Source of the DNA: an uncultured delta proteobacterium
Lineage (GTDB): Bacteria; Desulfobacterota; Syntrophia; Syntrophales; UBA2192
Reading direction: 5' to 3'
Assembly (NCBI GenBank): GCA_963705165.1
Contig: CAVPJD010000011.1
Span: 1 to 64,000, forward strand
Length of the DNA stretch: 64,000 nt
In this document: piece by piece, positions 1 to 12,716 of the stretch
Position numbering within the stretch: the first letter of the stretch is position 1
How the letters are laid out: each line of letters begins with the position of its first letter
The notes under the pieces: generated by a model
Told to the model about the DNA's origin: nothing
Databases searched by the model: none
Seen by the model: the letters and a program-made list of their open reading frames with translations, nothing else
Translations under genes and position numbers: made by a program

Positions 1-2579
<2,579 letters not shown>

Positions 2580-2615
2580 GGACCAGGGTTCAGGGTCAAG
2601 GGTACAGGGCAAAGA

Positions 2616-3164
2616 ATGAAAAAAGAAGCAGCGAGACAGACACGGCAGGGCTTTCGGGCCCTGCTTCTTTTCTCACTGATCATCGCCGTGGCGGGTTGCG
2701 GGTATGGTTTCTCGGCCGGAGGGGACTGGATAGACAGCCGCTTTCAGACTGTCTTCGTGGATAACATGGTGAACACAACGAGCGAACCCTTCATCGAGAT
2801 CTATCTCCGGAACGGCTTTGAGGATCAGTTCCGGAAGAGCAGCCGCTTCCGACTGAGCGGCAGCAAGGAGACGGCCGATTTGATCCTGCAAGGTACCATC
2901 AATTCCCTCACCGTTCCGCCCGTGGCCTTTGACCAGTTTGACAAGGCGCAGGAAGGCAGGGCCGTCATGACGGTCAATCTGCTCTTCGTGGAACGGGAAG
3001 CCGGGAAAAAAATCTGGGCCGTGTCAAACTTCTCCGGAAATGAAACCTACCGCATCGATCAGGCAAATACCAGCGCGACCTCGGCCAGCAAGACGGCGGC
3101 GCTGCAGAAGCTGTCCAATGATATGGCGGAAAAGGCTTTCAGAAACTTGATGTCGGGATTCTAG
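2616..3164 (+). CDS. lptE: LPS assembly lipoprotein LptE family
   Basis: Lipobox VAGC followed by GY; directly downstream of leuS, the usual position. Confidence 0.8.
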   Translation: MKKEAARQTRQGFRALLLFSLIIAVAGCGYGFSAGGDWIDSRFQTVFVDNMVNTTSEPFIEIYLRNGFEDQFRKSSRFRLSGSKETADLILQGTINSLTVPPVAFDQFDKAQEGRAVMTVNLLFVEREAGKKIWAVSNFSGNETYRIDQANTSATSASKTAALQKLSNDMAEKAFRNLMSGF

Positions 3165-3230
3165 GGCCGCTGCGCGGCAGGCCGTACGGCCAGGAAGTCA
3201 GGAAGATCGGAAATTAGGAAGCTAGGAACA

Positions 3231-3270
3231 AAAAAGCCTGAAGAATTTTGCCTTCAGGCTTTTGCTTTTT
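3231..3270. terminator. Bidirectional intrinsic terminator between lptE and rpsT
   Basis: AAAAGCCTGAAG-loop-CTTCAGGCTTTT with A/T tails on both sides. Confidence 0.8.
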
Positions 3271-3302
3271 CCGCGCTTCTGATGTTCCGCTCTTCCGCTC
3301 TT

Positions 3303-3572
3303 CTAAGCTTTCTTAAGGGCGTTGACTTTTTTGGTCAGGCGGGAGACTTTGCGGGAAGCATTGTTTTTGTGATAGACGCCTTTGGATGCCGCCTTCTTGA
3401 TGACCGTGATGGCGCTCTTGAGGGCCTTCTCGGAGCTCTCCCTGTCTAGTTCTTCAACGGCGGCAAGAACTTTCTTGATCTCGGTCTTCGTCTTCGACTT
3501 GACGGCCGTATTCCTGATCTTGTGCTTCTTGTTCTGCCGGTCCCTTTTTTCTGCCGATGGATGGGTAGCCAA
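3303..3572 (-). CDS. rpsT: 30S ribosomal protein S20
   Basis: ATHPSAEKRDRQ...KGVYHKNNASRKVSRL; TTG start with GGAGG RBS. Confidence 0.97.
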   Translation of the reverse strand: MATHPSAEKRDRQNKKHKIRNTAVKSKTKTEIKKVLAAVEELDRESSEKALKSAITVIKKAASKGVYHKNNASRKVSRLTKKVNALKKA

Positions 3573-3776
3573 AAGAGTTTCCTCCTTGTTTGGGCAATTC
3601 GAAAGGTGTTTTATTACATAAGTTTCGAGATTCTGTCAAGCTCAAAAAAGGGTCCAGGGTATCGGGTATAGGGTAAGAAAGGAAGGGCAAGGGGGGCTTC
3701 CCTTTACCATTTACCCTTTACCATTTACCCTTTACCAGCTATCGATAACATGAACCCCCTGTCAAATGAGGTTGTC

Positions 3777-4340
3777 ATGAATCCCTCCGTCCCCTGTTAC
3801 GAACTCGTCGAAACCCCCTTCGGCCAGGCCGCCATGGTCTGGGCCGGCAATGCGGGCTCCCCCCGCGTCCTCCAGGTCTTCCTTCCGGCCCGCGCAGGCG
3901 AGGTCCTGAGAGTGATCCGGATGATGTTCCCCGAAGCGGCAAAAAAATCCTGCGAAGCCGTTACGAAACTCGGGAAGGATCTCCTTGCCCTTACGGAGGG
4001 AAAGACTGTCTCTTTCGATGCCGCCGCGCTCGACCTGAGCCGGGTGCCCCCCTTCCATAAAAAGGTGCTCCGGGCGCTCACGAATATCCCCCGGGGGAAA
4101 GTCAGCACCTATGGTGCCGTAGCCGGCAGGACCGGCGCCCCGGGCGGGGCCAGAGCGGCCGGCCAGGGCTGTGCGAAAAACCCGTTTCCCCTTATATTTC
4201 CCTGCCACCGGGTCGTCCGCTCCGACGGTTCCCTGGGAGGCTTCGGCGGCGGCCTCGAGCTCAAACGGGCTTTGCTGGAGATGGAGGGGGTGCAGTTTGA
4301 TTCAACAGGGAAGGTGGAGCCGGAAGACATCCTTCGGTGA
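3777..4340 (+). CDS. ogt: Methylated-DNA--protein-cysteine methyltransferase
   Basis: IPRGKVSTYG and NPFPLIFPCHRV active-site motif. Start could also be 3750. Confidence 0.92.
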   Translation: MNPSVPCYELVETPFGQAAMVWAGNAGSPRVLQVFLPARAGEVLRVIRMMFPEAAKKSCEAVTKLGKDLLALTEGKTVSFDAAALDLSRVPPFHKKVLRALTNIPRGKVSTYGAVAGRTGAPGGARAAGQGCAKNPFPLIFPCHRVVRSDGSLGGFGGGLELKRALLEMEGVQFDSTGKVEPEDILR

Positions 4341-4434
4341 AGGGTATCGGGGCTCGGGTATAGGGTATGAAAAAGATTGTAATTTATAGAAATTCCTTTA
4401 GTACCTTCAGCCCCCAGACCCTACTGCCAATACC

Positions 4435-5601
4435 CTAGACCCTGGTTTTCTGGGCAGGCTTCTGGATCTTCTGAACAGCCATGTTGTCCCGGTGGATCGC
4501 CTCATCGTAGTGTTTATATCCCAGCACCTGCTCGATCTTCGATGACTTCAGGCCCTGGATCTTGTGAAGCTCCTGGGCGCTGTAATTGACGAGGCCCTTG
4601 GCAATGGCCTTCCCGTCAGGCGCGATGACGATGACGGGGTCGCCCACGACAAACTCCCCTTCCACCTTCTCGATACCAGAAGGAAGGAGGCTCTTTCCGT
4701 TTTCCACGATGGCCTTCCGGGCCCCGTCGTCGACGAAGAGCTTTCCCCGGGAACGCAGCGTGAAGGCGATCCAGTACTCGCGGCTCGAGAGGCACTCCGT
4801 CATGGGCGTAAACAGGGTCCCCACGTCCTTGCCCGAGAAGATCTCGCCCAGGATGCCCTTCTTCTTTCCCCGGGCGATGATGTAGGGGATCCCGCAGGCC
4901 GTCACTTTCCGCGCCGCCAGGACCTTGCTCCGCATCCCCCCCATCCCGGTGGGGTCCGCCTCAGCCGTGGCCATGGATTCGATGTCGTCGGTGATGTCCC
5001 GCACGAGCCCGATGAGCTTGGCCTTCTTCACTCCCGGCGCCTTCGGGTTTCGGTCATAGAGGCCATCCGTGTTGGTCATGCTGATGACGAGATCGGCCTC
5101 GGTGATATTGGCCACCACCGCAGCCAGGTGGTCGTTGTCGCCGAATTTGATCTCGTCGACGGCGACGGTGTCGTTTTCGTTGATGATGGGAATGACGTTC
5201 CACTCCATGAGGGTGGAAAGGGTGTTCTTCACGTTGATGAAGCGCTTGCGGTCCGTCAGGTCGTCCATGGTCAGGAGGATCTGGGCCACGTACATCCCGT
5301 GCGCGCCGAATGCGTTGGAGTAGACGCGCATGACCCGGCCCTGCCCGATGGCGGCGCAGGCCTGCTTTTCGGGCATGCTCTTGAGCTTCCCGGAGATGCC
5401 CATGCGGTTTTTGCCCGAGGCGATGGCGCCGGAAGTGACGATGACGATGTGGTATCCCTTCCGGATAAGCTCCGCCATCTCGTCGACGAGCTGCTGGATG
5501 ATTTCGCGGTCGAGGCCCTCAGTGCCCGTGAGGACACCGGTTCCGATCTTGACGATGACCCGCCGGGCGCCGGCGAGGATCTGCTTGCGCTCAGTGCTCA
5601 T
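4435..5601 (-). CDS. proB: Glutamate 5-kinase
   Basis: VKIGT, VTSGAIASG, NENDTV, FGDND motifs; C-terminal PUA domain. Confidence 0.97.
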   Translation of the reverse strand: MSTERKQILAGARRVIVKIGTGVLTGTEGLDREIIQQLVDEMAELIRKGYHIVIVTSGAIASGKNRMGISGKLKSMPEKQACAAIGQGRVMRVYSNAFGAHGMYVAQILLTMDDLTDRKRFINVKNTLSTLMEWNVIPIINENDTVAVDEIKFGDNDHLAAVVANITEADLVISMTNTDGLYDRNPKAPGVKKAKLIGLVRDITDDIESMATAEADPTGMGGMRSKVLAARKVTACGIPYIIARGKKKGILGEIFSGKDVGTLFTPMTECLSSREYWIAFTLRSRGKLFVDDGARKAIVENGKSLLPSGIEKVEGEFVVGDPVIVIAPDGKAIAKGLVNYSAQELHKIQGLKSSKIEQVLGYKHYDEAIHRDNMAVQKIQKPAQKTRV

Positions 5602-6613
5602 TGTTTTCCTGCGAATCCCGTTTCAATTTTTTCACGACAGCTGCGATCAGGGCGGGGACGCCCTCTCCCGTAACTGCTGAAATTGCAAAGACTTCTATCC
5701 CTTTTCTCCTGAAGAAGTCAATTTCTTTTTCCACCCGCTCACGCGTCTCGGTAAGATCCAGCTTCCCGATCGCCACGATCTGGGGCTTCTCTACGAGTTT
5801 GGGGCTGTAGAGTTCGAGCTCCCGGTTGATCGTTTCGAAATTGTGCCATCCGCTCACGGGCGGCTCGCCGGAAATGTCCAGAAGGTGGATCAGGACGGTG
5901 GTCCGCTCCACGTGCTTTAAAAATTTGACCCCCAGCCCCACGCCCTGATGGGCTCCCTCGATGAGACCGGGAATATCGGCGATGACGAAGGTGCCGAAGT
6001 CCTTGTATTTCACAACGCCCAGGTTCGGGGTAAGCGTCGTGAAAGGGTAGTCGGCGATCTTGGGCTTTGCCGCCGAGACCACGGAGATGAGCGTCGACTT
6101 GCCGGCATTGGGGAACCCGATGACCCCCACGTCGGCCAATAGCTTCAGCTCCAGCCGGACCCAACCCTTCTCGCCCTCCTCGCCCGGCTGTGCGTGCCGG
6201 GGCGCCCGATTGGTGGAGGTGGCAAAAAAGGCGTTCCCCTTGCCGCCCCGGCCGCCTTTTGCAACGACGAAGCGCTGACCGTCGTCGACGAGGTCCACGA
6301 GCACTTTGCCCGTTTCATCGTCGGTCACGACCGTACCCAGCGGGACGCGAATCACGACGTCGTCGGAATTGCGCCCCGTGCAGTCGCTTCCTTCGCCGTG
6401 TCCGCCGTGGCGCGCCACGTGGTGCTGCTGGAATTTGAGGTCCAGAAGTGTCCGGTGGGTTGCCGAGGCGATCATGACCACGTCGCCGCCCTTGCCACCG
6501 TCGCCCCCGTTGGGGCCGCCCCGCGGGACGTACTTCTCCCGCCGGAAGCTCACGCAGCCGCGTCCCCCGTTTCCCCCCTCGACATAGATTTTGGCTTCGT
6601 CGATGAATTTCAT
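5591..6613 (-). CDS. obgE: GTPase ObgE/CgtA
   Basis: Gly-rich Obg fold (FRREKYVPRGGPNGGDGG), GFPNAGKST, YPFTTL, DIPG. Confidence 0.98.
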   Translation of the reverse strand: MKFIDEAKIYVEGGNGGRGCVSFRREKYVPRGGPNGGDGGKGGDVVMIASATHRTLLDLKFQQHHVARHGGHGEGSDCTGRNSDDVVIRVPLGTVVTDDETGKVLVDLVDDGQRFVVAKGGRGGKGNAFFATSTNRAPRHAQPGEEGEKGWVRLELKLLADVGVIGFPNAGKSTLISVVSAAKPKIADYPFTTLTPNLGVVKYKDFGTFVIADIPGLIEGAHQGVGLGVKFLKHVERTTVLIHLLDISGEPPVSGWHNFETINRELELYSPKLVEKPQIVAIGKLDLTETRERVEKEIDFFRRKGIEVFAISAVTGEGVPALIAAVVKKLKRDSQENNEH

Positions 6614-6625
6614 GCCGATCCCAAT

Positions 6626-6654
6626 AAAAAAGCCCTCGATGTGACCGAGGGCTT
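6626..6654 (-). terminator. Hairpin with U-tract between rpmA and obgE
   Basis: Minus strand AAGCCCTCG-gtcacat-CGAGGGCTTTTTT. Confidence 0.6.
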
Positions 6655-6705
6655 GGACAATCCCTTATCGCCGTATCTGCGGCGGAAAAGCGCGGAGGGG
6701 GACAG

Positions 6706-6960
6706 CTAGGACGCGTAAACGCTGACCTTCTTGCGGTCCTTCCCGAAGCGCTCGAATTTCACGACGCCGGTAATCTTGGCGAAAATCGTAAAGTCCTTGC
6801 CGATGCCGACATTGTGTCCTGGGTGGATCCTCGTGCCGACCTGGCGAATGATGATAGAACCGGCACTGACCGTTTCGCCACCGTAGGCCTTGACCCCTCT
6901 TCGCTGGGAGTTGCTGTCTCTGCCGTTACGGGTGCTGCCCTGACCTTTTTTGTGTGCCAT
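6706..6960 (-). CDS. rpmA: 50S ribosomal protein L27
   Basis: [16 protein letters not shown]... Confidence 0.99.
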   Translation of the reverse strand: MAHKKGQGSTRNGRDSNSQRRGVKAYGGETVSAGSIIIRQVGTRIHPGHNVGIGKDFTIFAKITGVVKFERFGKDRKKVSVYAS

Positions 6961-6984
6961 CGAACTGTCTCCTGAGAAAGCTGA

Positions 6985-7296
6985 TTACAGCGATATTTCC
7001 TTGATCCGCACCTCTGTGAGAGGCTGCCGGTGACCCGTCTTCTTGAGAAACCCCTTGCGGCGCTTCTTCTTGAAGATGATGATCTTGGGGCCTTTGCCCT
7101 GATGGACGATCTCGCCGACGACCTTGGCTCCTTCGACGACCGGCGTGCCCACGCGGGTCTGGTCTTCCTTCGATACGAGGAGGACTTCCTCGAACACGAT
7201 GGTGTCGCCCTTGAGCCCCTCGAGCTTCTCGATCTTCAGGACGTCCCCCTCGGAGACCCTGTGCTGTTTTCCGCCCGTTTTAATGACTGCGTACAT
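6985..7296 (-). CDS. rplU: 50S ribosomal protein L21
   Basis: [14 protein letters not shown]...GHRQ. Start moved to the ATG at 7296, which has an AAGGA RBS. Confidence 0.98.
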   Translation of the reverse strand: MYAVIKTGGKQHRVSEGDVLKIEKLEGLKGDTIVFEEVLLVSKEDQTRVGTPVVEGAKVVGEIVHQGKGPKIIIFKKKRRKGFLKKTGHRQPLTEVRIKEISL

Positions 7297-7631
7297 ATCC
7301 GGTTCCTTGAAAGGAAATTGAAAACGCTGATTATATGGATAAATCAATGTTTGTCAACAACTTTTATCGGCCTGCGTTGCAGCCTTTTATGCCAAGCCGT
7401 TGCGTCTCTTTGTCATCCATATCATTTTCCCACGGAATTTGCATACATCATCTTCGGGGGAGTCTCCCCTGAGAAGACAGAAGGTAAGAAGTTGAGAAGG
7501 TAAGCGGGCAGAAGAAGCCGAGAGCTTGAATTTGGCCGCCGGCTATCCAACCTTCTCACCCTCTAACCTTCTTAACCTCTGTATGGGGTTGGATGCCCCC
7601 CGGTCACAGCCTGCGAAAGGAAAGGAAAACG

Positions 7632-7928
7632 ATGCCAAAAATCCCCGTGGAGCAGCTCAAGCCCGGCATGAAGCTGGCCCGGCCCCTGCTGAACTCCTCC
7701 GGCATGGTCCTCATGGCCGAGGGAGCCGAATTGACGGAGGCCCGGATCTCGAAAATCGAGAACATGGGCGTAGACAGCGTCTTCATCGACGGCCCGTCAA
7801 GACCCGCCCAGCCGAAAGAAGACCTCCTCAACGCCCTGGACAGGCGATTCGCGAAAATGGAAGGCAACCCCCAGATGTCGCTCATCAAGAAAGCAGTCAG
7901 AGAACACATCGAGGCAATGTATGGGTAA
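7632..7928 (+). CDS. Small protein resembling the N-terminal domain of HD-GYP proteins
   Basis: MPKIPVEQLKPGMKLARPL...G.VL..EGAELT pattern; AGGA RBS; overlaps the HDOD gene start. Confidence 0.7.
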   Translation: MPKIPVEQLKPGMKLARPLLNSSGMVLMAEGAELTEARISKIENMGVDSVFIDGPSRPAQPKEDLLNALDRRFAKMEGNPQMSLIKKAVREHIEAMYG

Positions 7929-8760
7929 CATGGACCCCAAGGCCCTCCGCAGCCGGGTGGAGAACATCAGCAACATCCCCACGATCCCCAGCGTGTTGCA
8001 GCAGCTGTCGACGATCATCGAGAACCCAAAGATATCCCTCAATGAAATCAGCCACTTTGTATCCAAGGACCCGGCACTCACCACCAAGATCCTCCAGATG
8101 GTGAACTCGGCCCTCTACGGGTTTCCGGGCCGGATCTCCTCGGTGAACCATGCCGTCATGCTCCTGGGCCTCAACGTGGTCAAGGGGCTGCTGCTGAGCG
8201 TATCCGTCTTCGAGATCATGCACAAGGCCATGATCGGCCTGCGGGAGCACTCCATCGGAGTGGCCATCGCCTCGAAGATCCTCGCCCAGAAAAAGGGCCT
8301 CAAGGAGCCCGAGGAGGTCTTTGTGGCGGGGCTGCTGCACGACGTGGGCAAGGTCATTCTTACTCTCGTCTACCCGGAGGATTACGACAAGACGGTCAAA
8401 GAGGCCGAGGCGGCGGGAATCTCCATCTTCGAAGCCGAGCGCAACCACTTCTCCGAAACCCATGCCGCCGTGGCGGGATGGCTGTCGGAAAAATGGCACT
8501 TCCCCAAAAAGCTTTGCGATTGCATTGCAAACCACCACCGTCCCCAGGTCTCGACGCTGGCGCCCCTAGAGACGGCGATCGTCCACATGGCCGATATCCT
8601 CGTAAAAGCCAGGGGTCTGGGGTTCTCGGGCGACAATCTCGTTCCCGAAGTGAACCTCAAGGCCTGGGAGACCCTCGGCCTTGCGGAGGCGGATCTTCGG
8701 GAAATGCTTAAGGAACTGGAAGACTCCGTCGAGCAGACGCAAGAGGAGTTCAGGACCTGA
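7921..8760 (+). CDS. HDOD domain protein
   Basis: IPTIP, DPALTTKILQMVNSALYG, AGLLHDVGK, W.FP motifs. Confidence 0.93.
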   Translation: MGNMDPKALRSRVENISNIPTIPSVLQQLSTIIENPKISLNEISHFVSKDPALTTKILQMVNSALYGFPGRISSVNHAVMLLGLNVVKGLLLSVSVFEIMHKAMIGLREHSIGVAIASKILAQKKGLKEPEEVFVAGLLHDVGKVILTLVYPEDYDKTVKEAEAAGISIFEAERNHFSETHAAVAGWLSEKWHFPKKLCDCIANHHRPQVSTLAPLETAIVHMADILVKARGLGFSGDNLVPEVNLKAWETLGLAEADLREMLKELEDSVEQTQEEFRT

Positions 8761-8955
8761 CCTCATGGCCGAGGTCAAGTCACGCTATCCGTTTCACATG
8801 AGCCTAGAGCGTCAACCTCGCGAAGATCGGAAGAACCGAAGTTAGGAAGAGCGGATCCATTCTTTTCCGAGCTTCCGCTCTTCCTCGCTTCTTAACTTCT
8901 CGATCTCGAATCTGAGGCTCTGCGGCCGGCACTGCAAAAGGAGAAGCGTCGCGAC

Positions 8956-9891
8956 GTGAAAACTGTCATCGTCATCTCCCGGGACCTGGTGCTCACGAGC
9001 ACCGTGGAAAACCAGATCAGGCAAGGCTGCCAGGTCATCCTCTTCGACAGCATCCAGTCGGCCATGGGCCTCATCTGCAGCACGAGCCCGCCGGACCTCA
9101 TCGTCCTGGAAGTGGACCCGAGAGACCCTGCGTCCGTCGGCTCGCTGAGCCAGCTCAAGGAAGACCCCATGTTCCGCAACCTCACGGTGCTGGCCGTGCT
9201 GAGCGACGAGTCGTCCTTCTCGCACTGGGACACCCTGCTCTTCGAGGATTACATCTGGCGAAAATCCCTGGAGAAAGAGATTCTGAGGCGGGTCAACCTC
9301 TGCATCCTGCGCTCGGAGAGGATCGTGGAGATCAACCCCCTCACGCGGCTCCCGGGCAACATCTCCATCAACCGGGAGATCCAGGAGCGGATCGACCGGG
9401 GGGAGCCCTTTGCGCTCGCCTGGGCCGACCTGGACCAGTTCAAGCCCCTCAACGACAAGTACGGCTTTTCCCGGGGCGACGACATCATCCGCATCACGGG
9501 GCGGCTCATTCTGAGCGCCGTGAAGGACAAGCAGCGCGAGCGGAATTTCGTGGGCCACATCGGGGGCGACGACTTCGTCTACGTCATGAGCCCGGATTAC
9601 ATCGAGACCGCCTCGCAGGAGCTCGTCACGACCTTCGACCAGCTCATCCCCGGCTTCTACGACCCCGAGGACCGGGAGCGGGGGTTCATCCAGTCGGTGG
9701 ACCGCCAGGGCATCGAGCGAACCTTCCCCTTCACCAGCATCTCCATCGGGATCACCGACACGGGAACGGGCAGCTTCAGCCACTTCGGCGAGATGACGGA
9801 GCGGGCCTCGGAGATGAAGAAGTACGCCAAACAGTTCCCGGGAAGCTGCTTCCGGTGGGACCGGAGGAAGATAGTGACCGGTGACCCGTGA
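8956..9891 (+). CDS. Receiver-like plus GGDEF diguanylate cyclase
   Basis: NPLTRLPGN, DLDQFKPLNDKYG, GHIGGDDF; N-terminal receiver-like region. Confidence 0.9.
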   Translation: MKTVIVISRDLVLTSTVENQIRQGCQVILFDSIQSAMGLICSTSPPDLIVLEVDPRDPASVGSLSQLKEDPMFRNLTVLAVLSDESSFSHWDTLLFEDYIWRKSLEKEILRRVNLCILRSERIVEINPLTRLPGNISINREIQERIDRGEPFALAWADLDQFKPLNDKYGFSRGDDIIRITGRLILSAVKDKQRERNFVGHIGGDDFVYVMSPDYIETASQELVTTFDQLIPGFYDPEDRERGFIQSVDRQGIERTFPFTSISIGITDTGTGSFSHFGEMTERASEMKKYAKQFPGSCFRWDRRKIVTGDP

Positions 9892-9953
9892 TCAGTGCAA
9901 GAAAAGGGACTAGGGACCAGGGTGTAGGGACAAGAAAACCCGCCCTGAACTTT

Positions 9954-12494
9954 TCACGCCTTCGATTCTTCCTTCCTACCCTCGTCCCTAACCCCTCGTC
10001 CCTCGTCCCTCTCGTTGGTCAGAATCGTCTCCGTCTTCAAGATGCACAGGCTCCGGACTAAGCCCTCATCCAACCCGAGCACATGGGTGAGGATCTCGGC
10101 GGGCCGCACGGTCCTGCCGTCGGCATTCCGCAGCGTCATCTCCAGCACCCCCGTTTTACGATCCAGGGAAATCCCCTCCACGTAGGGCCGGACGTCGTTG
10201 CGGGTTGTCTTGTCCTTTCCTTCGCGTTCCACGATGAAGGACGACAGGGCCAGAAAACCGGCGATACGCCCTTCGAGGCCTTCCGTGCAGTCGCCCGACG
10301 GAAGGGCAACTCGGTAACGAAAGCCCCGGACGAGCTTTGCCAGGGATGAATCGCCCGCGGCAGGACGGCTGATCCGCCGGACCTCGAGCCCCTCGGGCAG
10401 GCCCGCGTTGATCCTTGCCGTGATCGCGGCCGTATCCGTAAGCCCGTCTTCCACCTGGATGTCGGCAAGCTCCTCCAGGCTCTCCATCCCCACAGCCGTG
10501 GCAAAGGCGAAGGAGACCTTCGGGTGGGGGTGAAACCCCTCCGAGTATCGCAGCGCAAGGCCGCTTCGCTTGATCGCCCGGGTCAGGGCGGAGGACACCT
10601 CGAGATGGGAAAGGAACCGGGCGGGCCCTGTTTTCACAAAGGTGAGCCGCAAGCGCGTCGGGGTGAGCGCGACGGCAGCTGGCTCCGCGTGCCCGGAAGG
10701 GGAGAGGGCGTTTTCCGCAGCCTCACGGACGGCGATCAGCTCGCCGTCGCACACGCCGCAGTGGCGGCAGCCCTCGATGCGGCAGTCGGGGGTCGCCTCG
10801 CCCCGTTGCGATTTTTCGTATTCGTCGAGGAGAAATTCCCTGTCGAGCCCCGTGTCGACAAAATCCCACGGCAGAGGCTCCCCGGGAGTCCTTTCACACA
10901 GGTGCTCCTCGAGACGGATTCCCTTTTCCCCGAGGGCCTTCTCCCAGAGCTCGAACCGGAACTGATCGCTCCAGCCGTCGAAACGGGCGCCGAGCCGCCA
11001 GGTGCTCTCCACCAGGTCCGCGAGCCGCTCATCGCCCCTCGAGAAGAGCCCCTCCAGGAGGCTCATCCGGGCATCGTGCCACTTGAAGCCGATGTTGCGG
11101 TTTTTCACGCGCCGCTTGAGGTGGGTCTGTTTCGCCAGGGTCTCCTCGAGGCCGATCTGGCGGACCCACTGGAACGGCGTGTGGGGCTTGGGGACCAGAG
11201 TCGAAAGGCCGAGGGTGACCTGCCGTCCACGCCCTTCCCTCATGACGCGGTGTGCCAGATCGGCAATCCCCTCCAGGTCCTCCTCCTGCTCGCCGGGCAG
11301 GCCGATCATGAAGTAGAGCTTGATGGCTTTCCAGCCCCCTTCGTAGACGCGCCGGGCCGTGGCGATCAGATCCTCTTCGGTGTTTCCCTTGTTGATGATG
11401 TCCCGCAGGCGCCGGGTCCCGGCCTCGGGGGCAATGGTAAAGCTCGTCTTGCGGACCTTGCGGATCTGCTCGATGAGCGCCGGGCTCAAGGTCTCTACGC
11501 GAAGCGACGGGAGCCCCAGGGCGACGCGGCGCTCGCTGTACCGGTCCATCAGCTCCTTCAGGAGCGGCTCGATCCGCGAGTAGTCGCCGGAGCTCAGAGA
11601 CAGAAGAGTGATCTCGTCGTACCCCGTTGCCTTGAGGGCCTGATCGGCCATGGCGAGAAGCGTCGAGGGGTTGCGCTCCCTCACGGGCCGCCAGACCATC
11701 CCAGCCTGGCAGAAGCGGCACCCCCGAGTGCAGCCCCGGGCGATCTCGAGGGTGATGCGGTCGTGGATCGTGTTCATCAGCGGCACGACGGGCTTCAGGG
11801 GGAACAGCCACCGGTCCAGATCGGGAATGATTCGCTTGCGGATCTTCATCCCCTCCCGGAAGATCGAGGGGACGAAAACGCCGGCAATCCCCGAGAGCCG
11901 CTCCAGCATCCCCTCGCGCCTGAGCCCGTTCTGCTTGGCCTGCAGGAGCACCTCGGCGATCTCCGAGATCACCTCCTCGCCCTCCCCGATGACGATGGCA
12001 TCGAAGAAAGGAGCCATGGGCAGCGGGTTGAAAACGCAGGGCCCGCCGGCAATCACGACGGGGTCCCCCCCGCGGCGCTCACTTGCCCGAAGAGGCACGC
12101 CCCCCAGTTCGAGCATGGTGAGGACATTCGTGTAGGAAAGCTCGTACTGCAGCGAAAATCCGATGAGGTCGAATTCCGAAAGCGCCGCCCCCGACTCGAG
12201 GCTTGACAGCGCGAGTCCGTTTGCCCTCAGCCTCGCCTCCATGTCAGGCCAGGGGGCATAGACGCGCTCGGCGCAGATGTGCGGGTGGGCGTTCAGGATG
12301 GCGTAGAGGATCTGGAGCCCCAGGTGAGACATGCCCACTTCGTAGGCATCGGGGAAGGCCAGGGCCACGCTCAGGCGGCAGGCGGAGCGGTCCTTTTTCG
12401 CGGCATTGACTTCGCCACCGATGTAGCGGCTCGGTTTCTCGACGAGGGCAAGAAAGGTCTCCAACAGTTTCCGTTCGGGTCCATGACAGGACAT
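9954..12494 (-). CDS. B12-binding radical SAM protein (TIGR03960-type) fused to a radical SAM-linked domain (TIGR03936/DUF2344-type)
   Basis: KPSRYIGGE, FPDAYEVGMS, CTRGCRFC; C-terminal RFLSHLE...SEGFHPHPK. Confidence 0.9.
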   Translation of the reverse strand: MSCHGPERKLLETFLALVEKPSRYIGGEVNAAKKDRSACRLSVALAFPDAYEVGMSHLGLQILYAILNAHPHICAERVYAPWPDMEARLRANGLALSSLESGAALSEFDLIGFSLQYELSYTNVLTMLELGGVPLRASERRGGDPVVIAGGPCVFNPLPMAPFFDAIVIGEGEEVISEIAEVLLQAKQNGLRREGMLERLSGIAGVFVPSIFREGMKIRKRIIPDLDRWLFPLKPVVPLMNTIHDRITLEIARGCTRGCRFCQAGMVWRPVRERNPSTLLAMADQALKATGYDEITLLSLSSGDYSRIEPLLKELMDRYSERRVALGLPSLRVETLSPALIEQIRKVRKTSFTIAPEAGTRRLRDIINKGNTEEDLIATARRVYEGGWKAIKLYFMIGLPGEQEEDLEGIADLAHRVMREGRGRQVTLGLSTLVPKPHTPFQWVRQIGLEETLAKQTHLKRRVKNRNIGFKWHDARMSLLEGLFSRGDERLADLVESTWRLGARFDGWSDQFRFELWEKALGEKGIRLEEHLCERTPGEPLPWDFVDTGLDREFLLDEYEKSQRGEATPDCRIEGCRHCGVCDGELIAVREAAENALSPSGHAEPAAVALTPTRLRLTFVKTGPARFLSHLEVSSALTRAIKRSGLALRYSEGFHPHPKVSFAFATAVGMESLEELADIQVEDGLTDTAAITARINAGLPEGLEVRRISRPAAGDSSLAKLVRGFRYRVALPSGDCTEGLEGRIAGFLALSSFIVEREGKDKTTRNDVRPYVEGISLDRKTGVLEMTLRNADGRTVRPAEILTHVLGLDEGLVRSLCILKTETILTNERDEGRGVRDEGRKEESKA

Positions 12495-12716
12495 AGCATC
12501 CTTTAAGTGAGGCGGTGCCCGGGAGATTTAACAATGCCCTGGAGCAAGGCGCCCGTATTAGATTACGAAATGAGGAAGTTATGAAGAGCGGAAGATCGGA
12601 GTGGAGGGGGGATTCTGTTCATCTCTTATCCGCTCTTCCTCACTTCTGCTCTTCCGATCTTCGCAGTCTTGGTGACGGAAGACGAATGCACGGTATCCAG
12701 CGGGAGGCGACCCTGG

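Noticed and set aside
7428..7443. Sigma-54 promoter before the HDOD cassette (TCCCACGGAATTTGCA)
   Set aside because: The invariant -24 GG is absent.
9421..9580. Hypr (cGAMP-making) GGDEF
   Set aside because: The guanine-binding Asp is retained (RGDDII), not the Ser/Thr of Hypr enzymes.
10524..12206. Long antisense or alternate-frame ORFs (also 17204-18658, 34590-36218, 43897-45279, 52729-54279 and others)
   Set aside because: Shadow ORFs caused by high-GC codon bias opposite well-supported genes; no motifs.
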